From: an uncultured bacterium
Lineage (GTDB): Bacteria > Patescibacteriota > Minisyncoccia > Phycocordibacterales > UBA11359
NCBI GenBank assembly: GCA_903831815.1
Contig: CAIKZC010000009.1
Coordinates: forward strand, 5,576 to 69,575
Reading direction: 5' to 3'
DNA length: 64,000 nucleotides
In this document: piece by piece, positions 56,653-64,000 of the stretch
Numbering within the stretch: the stretch's first letter is position 1
How the letters are laid out: each line of letters begins with the position of its first letter
Notes under the pieces: generated by a model
What the model was told of the DNA's origin: nothing
The model's database searches: none
What the model saw: only the letters and a program-made list of their open reading frames with translations
Translations under genes and position numbers: made by a program

Positions 56653-57537
56653 ATGATTACAACACAAAAGATGGGTGACATTACGTGGGTTGATGCGCTC
56701 TCGCCAACCAACGAAGAAATATTGCAACTACAAAAAATTTACAAGCTCAACGAAGATGTTACGCGTGATTTAATGGTACCGACACTTGTTCCGCGTATCG
56801 ACGAATGTGATGAACACTTATATACCGTTCTTCACTTCCCCGCCAACAAGCACAGTCACCGCGAAAACGCCCAAGAGATTGACATAATCGTCGGTAAAAA
56901 TTACCTGATAACCGTTCGTTATGATACGATCGATTCAATTTATTATCTTTTTAAATCTTTTGAAGTTGGCAGCATTTTGGCCAACAAAGATCGTTTCAGA
57001 CACGCCCATGAACTTTTCTTTATCATCATGCGCAAAATGTATGAATCGGTGCTGGATGAACTTTCCGCCATCGAAGAACAATTTGATGTCATCGAGTCGG
57101 CGATATTTGACGGACGAGAAAAAGAAATGGTCGCTTCCATTTCGAGCGCAGGGCGAACATTGCTCGATTTCAAACGAACACTAATTCCACATGAAGATGT
57201 CCTAAGCACTTTGCAGGAAGCCGGTATCAGACAACTTGGCAAGGAATTCGGAAAAGACGTTTCTATCGTTTTACGTGAATATCATCGCGTGCGCAGTCGC
57301 ATTCACGACGATATCGAAGCTTTGATCGAAATTCGTGAGACCAACAACACTTTGCTTTCGACCAAACAGAACGAGATCATCAAAATTTTCACGATTTTGG
57401 CATTTATTACTTTCCCTTTAACACTGGTGATTGACATGATTCAAGCCGATCGAAATATTATGTGGCTTCTCGTGATCCTAGTGTGTATCTCCGTCGGTAC
57501 GATGTTCGCTTTCTTTAAACACAAGAAGTGGTTGTAA
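56653..57537 (+). CDS. corA: CorA-family divalent cation transporter
   Basis: Large soluble N-terminal domain, NEIIKIFT and two C-terminal TMs ending FKHKKWL; the GMN signature is missing. Confidence 0.8.
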   Translation: MITTQKMGDITWVDALSPTNEEILQLQKIYKLNEDVTRDLMVPTLVPRIDECDEHLYTVLHFPANKHSHRENAQEIDIIVGKNYLITVRYDTIDSIYYLFKSFEVGSILANKDRFRHAHELFFIIMRKMYESVLDELSAIEEQFDVIESAIFDGREKEMVASISSAGRTLLDFKRTLIPHEDVLSTLQEAGIRQLGKEFGKDVSIVLREYHRVRSRIHDDIEALIEIRETNNTLLSTKQNEIIKIFTILAFITFPLTLVIDMIQADRNIMWLLVILVCISVGTMFAFFKHKKWL

Positions 57538-57556
57538 AATTTCAAATTCAAATTTC

Positions 57557-58981
57557 ATGTTGCAATTTCAAAACACGCTGACAGGAAAAAAAGAAGAATT
57601 TAAGCCAATTAAGACCGGTGCTGTCGGAATGTACCACTGTGGTCCGACCGTTTACGATTATGCGCATATCGGCAATTTACGTGCCTATGTTTTTGCCGAT
57701 ATTCTGCGACGTGTTTGCGAATTAGCCGATCTTAAAGTCACACAAGTAATAAACATTACCGATTTTGGACATCTTTCCGATGATGCCGATGCCGGTGAAG
57801 ATAAGATGACCAAAGGATTGAAGCGTGAAGGCAAACCACTGACGTTGGAGGCAATGCGCGAGCTGGCCGACAAATATACCAAAGCATACGTCGAAAACCT
57901 CAAACAGATGAATATAAAATTGCCGACCGTGATGCCGCTCGCCAGCGAGCATATTAAAGAAGATGTTGAACTTATAAAAACTTTGGAAGAAAAAGGTTTT
58001 GTTTACAAGACCAGTGATGGTTTGTATTTTGATACGTCGAAGGACGCCAACTATGGTGCGCTTTCCAAAAAAATGGTGACCGCACGGGAAGCTGAAGGTG
58101 CTCAAACACGCATAGGCGCCAATTTGGAAAAAAGAAATCAGCGAGACTTTGCTGTTTGGAAATTTAATCAGAATATCGGTTTTCAAAGTCCATGGGGTCA
58201 AGGTTTCCCAGGTTGGCATATAGAATGCTCCGCCATGTCCATGAAATACCTCGGTAATACTTTTGACATCCATACGGGTGGGATAGACCATATTCCAGTC
58301 CATCACAACAACGAAATCGCCCAATCCGAATGTGCCACCGGCCAACCACTCGCGCATTATTGGATACATTCCGCACATATAATTATCAACAGCGAAAAAA
58401 TGTCGAAGTCTTTAGGTAATATATTCACACTTCAAACATTGATAGATCAAGGTATCGAACCTCTCGCCTATCGTTATTGGTTGCTCGGCGCACATTACAG
58501 CACTCAAATGAATCTGACTATTGATTCTCTAAAAGCTGCGCAGACGGGTTACAAAAAATTACTGAATATTTTTGCCGAACTCGGAGAAAATCCTAAAGGT
58601 GGCGAAAACATAAAGGATGAAAATAAGCCAGACGAAAAATATTTGAATAAATTTAAAGAATTTGTTTTTGACGATCTTGATACACCGAAAGGACTAGCTT
58701 TAATTTGGGATCTAACCAAAGACACAACAGTTGACGACGCAACCAAAAGAACGACAATGTTAGCTTTTGATTCTGTTCTCGGACTTGATTTTGAAAACTT
58801 TACCAAAACAAAACAAAATCAGCAAGAAATTCCGCGAAATATTATTGACCTAATGAACTTGCGTGAAATTGCCAGAAAAAATAAAGATTGGAGGAGATCG
58901 GACGAACTTCGTGATGAAATATTTAAACTTGGATATCAAATAAAAGACACCGAGCAAGGACCTTCAGTCAAGAAAATCTAA
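57557..58981 (+). CDS. cysS: Cysteine--tRNA ligase
   Basis: [36 protein letters not shown]. Confidence 0.97.
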   Translation: MLQFQNTLTGKKEEFKPIKTGAVGMYHCGPTVYDYAHIGNLRAYVFADILRRVCELADLKVTQVINITDFGHLSDDADAGEDKMTKGLKREGKPLTLEAMRELADKYTKAYVENLKQMNIKLPTVMPLASEHIKEDVELIKTLEEKGFVYKTSDGLYFDTSKDANYGALSKKMVTAREAEGAQTRIGANLEKRNQRDFAVWKFNQNIGFQSPWGQGFPGWHIECSAMSMKYLGNTFDIHTGGIDHIPVHHNNEIAQSECATGQPLAHYWIHSAHIIINSEKMSKSLGNIFTLQTLIDQGIEPLAYRYWLLGAHYSTQMNLTIDSLKAAQTGYKKLLNIFAELGENPKGGENIKDENKPDEKYLNKFKEFVFDDLDTPKGLALIWDLTKDTTVDDATKRTTMLAFDSVLGLDFENFTKTKQNQQEIPRNIIDLMNLREIARKNKDWRRSDELRDEIFKLGYQIKDTEQGPSVKKI

Positions 58982-59001
58982 TTAAATAGATATATTAAAT
59001 A

Positions 59002-59046
59002 AAAAAAAGGAGGTGAGAGCCAAACACGCTTTGGTCTCCCACCTCC
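59002..59046 (-). terminator. Intrinsic terminator of the microprotein operon
   Basis: Minus strand GGAGGUGGGAGACCAAA...UUUGGCUCUCACCUCC-UUUUUUU. Confidence 0.75.
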
Positions 59047-59082
59047 ACGCATCGGGTGTATCGTTCGCCCTTCAAACCACGA

Positions 59083-59202
59083 CTACTTCATCTCTCGGTC
59101 TACGTACATGGAATTGCGTCGACGCGTCGCAATCCCGGTCAGCAATAGACCGAAAACGAGACAGATGAACGCGAGAAAACCGAAAGTTTTCACCTTACTC
59201 AT
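59083..59202 (-). CDS. 39-aa single-TM microprotein (MSKVKTFGFLAFICLVFGLLLTGIATRRRNSMYVDREMK)
   Basis: GGAGG SD; start overlaps the end of the upstream ORF by 8 nt. Confidence 0.6.
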   Translation of the reverse strand: MSKVKTFGFLAFICLVFGLLLTGIATRRRNSMYVDREMK

Positions 59203-59320
59203 CCGATACCTCCATTGGTTGCTTTGAATTCTCGCGATACTTCCGATACACATGCCCAATCACTATCATGATAAGACACGTGATCATCACGTACCAAAAA
59301 AACTCAATACTCGAAGCCAT
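59195..59320 (-). CDS. 41-aa single-TM microprotein (MASSIEFFWYVMITCLIMIVIGHVYRKYRENSKQPMEVSDE)
   Basis: Hydrophobic helix plus basic tail; tightly packed between two similar ORFs. Confidence 0.55.
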   Translation of the reverse strand: MASSIEFFWYVMITCLIMIVIGHVYRKYRENSKQPMEVSDE

Positions 59321-59333
59321 CGAATCAGGATTG

Positions 59334-59474
59334 TTAGTGGGGTACATGCATCAGCTCCTTGTAAAGATAGACGCATATCGCGATCGTTGCAAGAATACAG
59401 CAAACGATGAAGGCGTTATCCAAAAGAACAGACGCTACCCGCGAAAAGAACGTATCGTAACGTGAATCCGACAT
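59334..59474 (-). CDS. 46-aa single-TM microprotein
   Basis: AAAGGAG SD; promoter TTGCAT-16-TATAAT with extended -10 TG (59532-59559). Confidence 0.6.
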   Translation of the reverse strand: MSDSRYDTFFSRVASVLLDNAFIVCCILATIAICVYLYKELMHVPH

Positions 59475-59645
59475 AGCCCAAGACTCCTTTCTTGTTTGTC
59501 TTAGTCGACGCCAAAACTCGACTCTGACGGTATTATACCACATATCACATATTATGCAAGCAATTTTGACAATCCACTTTTTAAGCACAGGTTATACGCT
59601 GTTTGGCAATATTGTAAATTTTAAAGCTGTGTTAAAATCATTCTC

Positions 59646-61046
59646 ATGACTACAATAATTGCGAAGCCTCAACTAACCAGATCGACTGCCCTACGTGTGC
59701 CTCCTCAAAGTATTGATAGTGAAATGGCTTTTCTCGGATCAATCATGTTGCGGCCGGAAGCGATTCACGATGTCCTTGATATCTTAACTGTCGAATCTTT
59801 TTACGCCGAAAAACATCGCAGCATTTTCCAAGCGATGCTCGACCTTTTATCCAAAGGCAATCCAATTGATTTGCTTTCTCTTTCTAGTCGTTTAAAAGAT
59901 GTTGGTAAATTAGATCAATCTGGTGGCTCAAGCTATCTCGCTGAACTCGTTCAAGTTGTACCTTCATCGGCCAACATAAAATTTTACGCCGAAACAGTTC
60001 AGAAAAAACATATGATGCGACAACTCATCCAGTGTTCGGATGAAATCTGCAATATGGGATTTGATGAGTCGGGTGATTTGGAAGAAATTTTAGATCGCGC
60101 CGAGAAAAGAGTTTTTGAGGTTACCAATTTCTCCATGACCCACAAATTCATTGAGCTGAAGCACGCCCTCGGTGAAGCTTATGAACGATACGAAAGATTA
60201 CACAACACCAAAGATGGTTTGCGTGGAGTGCCGACCGGATTCAAAGAGCTTGATAATATTTTGTCTGGCTTCCAAAAATCCGACCTTATCATTCTCGCTG
60301 CCCGTCCTTCCGTCGGTAAAACTTCCCTCGCCCTCGAGATCGCTCGTAAAGCTGCGGTCAATCACGGGGTGCCTGTAGCGATCTTCTCACTTGAAATGTC
60401 CTCACAACAATTAGTTGACCGTATGCTCTCGGCACAATCCGAAGTTGACGCTTGGAAATTGCGAACTGGCCGAAACTTTCATGAGGATGATTTTACCAAG
60501 ATCCGCGACTCTCTAGATGTTCTTTCTCGTGCACCTATTTTTATTGATGATCAAGCAGCGACAAATATTATTCGCATGCGTTCGGTGGCACGTCGTCTAA
60601 AGAGCGAACACAACCTCGGTCTCATTATTGTCGACTACCTTCAGCTTATGGCGCCGACTCAATCGCGTAATTCCGACAACATGGTGCAACAAATTACCGA
60701 AATTTCTCGATCACTCAAACACTTGGCTCGTGAACTTGATGTGCCAGTTATTGCTCTTTCACAGCTCTCTCGTGCCGTTGAGCAACGTGGTGGCAAGCCT
60801 CGCCTCTCCGACTTGCGCGATTCCGGTTCTATCGAGCAGGATGCCGATGTGGTTATGTTCATTCACCGTGAGGATAAATATAAAGATGAAGCCGAACGCA
60901 CTAACGTCGCCGAGATTTTGATCGAAAAACATCGAAACGGTCCGGTTGGTCGCGTACAATTATATTTTAATGACAAAACTTCTTCGTTCCGCAGTATTGA
61001 TAACAGTAATTATGGTGGCGCCGATCAAGAGTTTGCTAAAATGTAA
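59646..61046 (+). CDS. dnaB: Replicative DNA helicase
   Basis: PPQS, AARPSVGKT, FSLEMS, VDYLQL, LSQLSR, DLRDSGSIEQDAD. Confidence 0.97.
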   Translation: MTTIIAKPQLTRSTALRVPPQSIDSEMAFLGSIMLRPEAIHDVLDILTVESFYAEKHRSIFQAMLDLLSKGNPIDLLSLSSRLKDVGKLDQSGGSSYLAELVQVVPSSANIKFYAETVQKKHMMRQLIQCSDEICNMGFDESGDLEEILDRAEKRVFEVTNFSMTHKFIELKHALGEAYERYERLHNTKDGLRGVPTGFKELDNILSGFQKSDLIILAARPSVGKTSLALEIARKAAVNHGVPVAIFSLEMSSQQLVDRMLSAQSEVDAWKLRTGRNFHEDDFTKIRDSLDVLSRAPIFIDDQAATNIIRMRSVARRLKSEHNLGLIIVDYLQLMAPTQSRNSDNMVQQITEISRSLKHLARELDVPVIALSQLSRAVEQRGGKPRLSDLRDSGSIEQDADVVMFIHREDKYKDEAERTNVAEILIEKHRNGPVGRVQLYFNDKTSSFRSIDNSNYGGADQEFAKM

Positions 61047-61100
61047 CAAAGGGTACAAAATATCTATACACAAGATCCACGCGACACCTATCTGCACAAA

Positions 61101-61721
61101 ATGGACCCTATCAACAAATTAATCGAACTTTTTTCTGAATTTCCTGGCATTGGCCCACGACAAGCCAAGCGTTTTGTGTACTACCTCTTGCGACACAATA
61201 ACGGATATCTCAATGAAATTTCCGAAAATATTTCCAATTTGAAAAAGGAGATCGGCACTTGTTCGATTTGTTTTCAATATTTTCAAAGGAAGAATACTAA
61301 CCAGAAACTTTGCTCGATTTGTTCTGATAGCCACCGCGACGAATCACAGCTAATGATCGTGAGTCATGATGTAGATTTGGAACACATCGAAAAAAGCGGT
61401 GTTTATAAAGGCACGTATTTTGTGCTAGGTGGTGTGGTGCCAATTCTTGCGCCGAAACCGGAAGAAAGAATTCGCAGTCGTGAACTACTCGCTCTCATCA
61501 AAAATCGTACCGAGAAAAATATTCTGAAAGAAATTATTTTGGCCATGAACGTCACACCCGAAGGTGAAAACACCGAACAATATTTGACCCAAAACCTCAC
61601 GCCGATTGCCACGCAAAATTCAGTGAAAATTTCTCATCTTGGTCGTGGTATTTCGACCGGCACGGAAATAGAATATTCCGACAAAGAAACTCTTAAGAAT
61701 GCTTTGCAAAATAGGAAGTAA
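61101..61721 (+). CDS. recR: Recombination mediator RecR
   Basis: PGIGPRQA HhH, CxxC ... CxxC zinc finger, Toprim EIILA ... EGE. Confidence 0.95.
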   Translation: MDPINKLIELFSEFPGIGPRQAKRFVYYLLRHNNGYLNEISENISNLKKEIGTCSICFQYFQRKNTNQKLCSICSDSHRDESQLMIVSHDVDLEHIEKSGVYKGTYFVLGGVVPILAPKPEERIRSRELLALIKNRTEKNILKEIILAMNVTPEGENTEQYLTQNLTPIATQNSVKISHLGRGISTGTEIEYSDKETLKNALQNRK

Positions 61722-61760
61722 GGAAGTCTAAATAAAAAATCCCCAAATGGGGATTTTTTA

Positions 61761-62075
61761 TTAAACTGATTTGATTTCAACCTTAGAGAATGGTTGTCGA
61801 TGACCGTTTTTCTTGAAATATCGACTCTTTTGTTTGTATTTGATAACGATAACTTTCTTGGCTCGGCCGATCTCTTTGAGTTCTGCCTCTACCTTTGCGC
61901 CGGAAATTGTTGGTTTGCCGATTTTGGTTGTAGAACCGTCATCAACCAAGAGAACTTGGTCAAAAACGACCTTATCGCCCACCTTTAAAGTGTCGGAAAT
62001 CTTCTCAACATTAAGGACGTCGCCTTCTGCGACTTTGTATTGCTTGCCACCTGTGCTGATTACTGCAAATTTCAT
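61761..62075 (-). CDS. rplU: 50S ribosomal protein L21
   Basis: FAVI-x-TGGKQYKV, GHRQPF. Confidence 0.97.
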   Translation of the reverse strand: MKFAVISTGGKQYKVAEGDVLNVEKISDTLKVGDKVVFDQVLLVDDGSTTKIGKPTISGAKVEAELKEIGRAKKVIVIKYKQKSRYFKKNGHRQPFSKVEIKSV

Positions 62076-62249
62076 AGTTTCCCTATTCTATATTAAATGG
62101 TAAAAAATGCAAGCTGAATGGCAATTTAGACAATATAAGCAAGGTTGACATTTTATATAAATTTGTGTTATATATCAGATTAGAGTGAAGTTGCGACAGG
62201 GACGTTAGTTCCGACAACTTGTGTAAGTAAACCTAAAAGGAGACAAATC

Positions 62250-62612
62250 ATGGCAACTGATGGTCCTACCCCCGCACCCTGCAACGATGAAGTTTTCAAT
62301 AAAGGCACGGGTGTCTGCGTCGTTGACGGCAGTTCCAATGCTGTAGAGCGTTGGGTGCGGTCCGTCGCTAAGAAAGCGAATTCTCAGGTCGACTGGCATT
62401 ACAGCGGTGGACGAGCGAACGTTCTCCATCTTGGCGACAATGCAAGTCGTCAACGTGTTCTCGATGCTATACGTGAGCTGGAAAAAGAACTCGACGGACG
62501 AATTCTCAGCATTGATGGACCCACTCTGTATCGAGCCGGTGACAAAGTGTCCAAAGGAACAATCGCTGTAGATCCAGACCTCGGGTCACTCATCGCCAAT
62601 TCTCGCAGATAA
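62250..62612 (+). CDS. Orphan hypothetical protein (solo cassette)
   Basis: TTGACA at 62145-62150, AAGGAG SD, terminator near 62629-62661; motif-like DWHYSGGRA. Confidence 0.65.
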   Translation: MATDGPTPAPCNDEVFNKGTGVCVVDGSSNAVERWVRSVAKKANSQVDWHYSGGRANVLHLGDNASRQRVLDAIRELEKELDGRILSIDGPTLYRAGDKVSKGTIAVDPDLGSLIANSRR

Positions 62613-62674
62613 TCTGCGGACTCGTACCAAAACCCCACGAGCTAAAATAACGGGGTTTTTTGTTGCTTATAACT

Positions 62675-63781
62675 TTACTCCTCTAAATCGGGTTTTTCGA
62701 TGGCTAAGAGGGTGATGTCGGCTGAGGTGCCGGTAATGCGTGTGATGTCTTTATCAACTTTTTTAAATTCTTTGCTGGAGGCGTTGAAATGATTGACGAC
62801 GGTTTCGAGTGAGTTACCCATTTTACCGTGATACATTTCATATTTTTTTAAATGTTCACCGAGCTCGCCGACTCGTTTTATGATGTCTTTGGCAGTCTCT
62901 TCGATCTGCATCGCCTTTAAACCCTGGAGTACCGTTTGCAAATAGGCCAAAAACGATGTCGGCGAGACGATGATAACTTTATGCTTGCCAGCCGCACGCT
63001 GGATCAAATTTTCGTTATCTTCACTCACCGCGCCAATTTTATTTATCAAGAGATCATAATAAATTGCTTCATGTGGAATGAACATAAAAGCGAAATCCAT
63101 CGTTCCCTCCGCCGGTCGGATATATTTCGAAGTTTCGGTAATGCGAATTTTCAAGTCGTTCACAAAATTTTTCTCCAAACGTTCTTTCTCAACTGGATCT
63201 TTAGTTTCAATCAAACGATTATAATTTTCCAGAGAAAACTTGGAATCAATCGGAATGATTTTATCTTTCACAAAAACTACCGCATCCACAATTTCGCCGT
63301 TATTAAAAGCGTATTGCATCTGATACTGCGCCGGCGCCAAAACATTTTTAAGTAAAGTTTCCAAATAATATTCACCGAGAATCCCCCGCTGTTTTGGATT
63401 TTTCAAAATATCCTGCAACGATTGCAATTGATCAGCAAAAGACACCACTTGTTTGTTGGTTTCGTCGAGCTTAGTCAAACCTTGCGTCACATCTTTGATC
63501 AACTTGGCGGATTCACTAAACTGATTTCGTAAAGAATCGTTCATCGTGCGCGCCGTCTCACCCATCTTAGAATCCATTGTCTTGGTCATCTCGCGCAAAT
63601 TGAGATCCATCCGGCGATTTTGTTCGTTAACCTGCTCAAGCAATAATTTTAGAGCACTGTCATCCTGTTTGATCGATTCTTGCGGCTTGCGACGGTTAAT
63701 AAAAAAGATCGTAGTCACATTTACACCGACAATTATAATAAAACCTAAAATGACCACAATTAATATATTCATAATTGACAT
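62675..63781 (-). CDS. rmuC: DNA recombination protein RmuC
   Basis: N-terminal TM and coiled coil, RG-x-x-GE-x-x-L, IDSKF, KYI-x-P-x-x-GT-x-DFA-x-MFIP-x-E, VSPT. Confidence 0.92.
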   Translation of the reverse strand: MSIMNILIVVILGFIIIVGVNVTTIFFINRRKPQESIKQDDSALKLLLEQVNEQNRRMDLNLREMTKTMDSKMGETARTMNDSLRNQFSESAKLIKDVTQGLTKLDETNKQVVSFADQLQSLQDILKNPKQRGILGEYYLETLLKNVLAPAQYQMQYAFNNGEIVDAVVFVKDKIIPIDSKFSLENYNRLIETKDPVEKERLEKNFVNDLKIRITETSKYIRPAEGTMDFAFMFIPHEAIYYDLLINKIGAVSEDNENLIQRAAGKHKVIIVSPTSFLAYLQTVLQGLKAMQIEETAKDIIKRVGELGEHLKKYEMYHGKMGNSLETVVNHFNASSKEFKKVDKDITRITGTSADITLLAIEKPDLEE

Positions 63782-63887
63782 TATACTACAGTTTTTTCAT
63801 AAATACTTGTAAGTGTTGACCTTACGAGGTCCTTGTGGTATACTGGAAAAAGAATAGTGAGAACCTGAACTAAACAGGGAGGTTTGT

Positions 63888-64000
63888 ATGGACGTCAAAC
63901 GACATCCTTATTATAAGTATCCGGTGGTTGTTTATCGAGATAACCCACCGGCAACCGGCATCGATGGTAGATTGGCTCGATACAGGATCGAAGTCCTCGA
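63888..64000 (+). CDS. Orphan ORF, 3'-truncated by the window edge
   Basis: Promoter TTGACC-17-TATACT (63816-63844) and GGGAGG SD. Confidence 0.55.
   Translation, partial: MDVKRHPYYKYPVVVYRDNPPATGIDGRLARYRIEVL

Noticed and set aside
7500-63900. Orphan cassettes as integron gene cassettes
   Set aside because: No recurring attC (RYYYAAC...GTTRRRY) structure and no integrase seen. The cassettes are dispersed, in both orientations and carry their own promoters.
1-64000. Alternative genetic code 25 (UGA=Gly)
   Set aside because: Conserved genes are full length under code 11, and TGA ends ORFs at sensible positions (e.g. the SET gene with its ATGA overlap, and the toxin gene).
1-64000. tRNA or rRNA genes
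   Set aside because: No T-loop (GTTCRANTC) in a cloverleaf context and no rRNA-like segment found by eye. A tRNAscan-SE run would be the definitive check.

Overview
This is a 64-kb chromosomal window from a Candidate Phyla Radiation bacterium, most likely Parcubacteria (inferred from gene content). It uses standard code 11, has compact genes and a GAD-less AspRS, and many genes appear leaderless. The core content is gltX, murG-ftsW-mraY, a D,D-carboxypeptidase, scpAB, aspS, trpS, folD, grpE-dnaK-dnaJ, the infA-rpmJ-rpsMKD-rpoA-rplQ-rplM-rpsI cluster, rpmA, rplI, ctpA, corA, cysS, dnaB, recR, rplU and rmuC. It is interspersed with about a dozen self-contained orphan cassettes, most with a consensus sigma70 promoter, a strong Shine-Dalgarno (SD) site and a terminator. 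Main hunt results: (1) a T-box riboswitch upstream of aspS that combines an ultrashort Actinobacterial-ileS-like Stem I (likely AAC/Asn specifier) with a transcriptional terminator; (2) an orphan PemK/MazF toxin with a convergent, tetraloop-rich putative small RNA overlapping its 3' end; (3) a four-gene operon (Cys-rich membrane protein, unknown enzyme-like protein, SET methyltransferase, multi-TM histidine kinase) with a compositional break inside the kinase, resembling a variable quorum-sensing cassette; (4) an insertion-type ACP-like protein plus a degenerate SDR in a lineage that generally lacks fatty-acid synthesis; (5) several unannotated microproteins. No rRNA, tRNA, CRISPR array or transposase was recognised. 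All calls were made by eye, without database searches.
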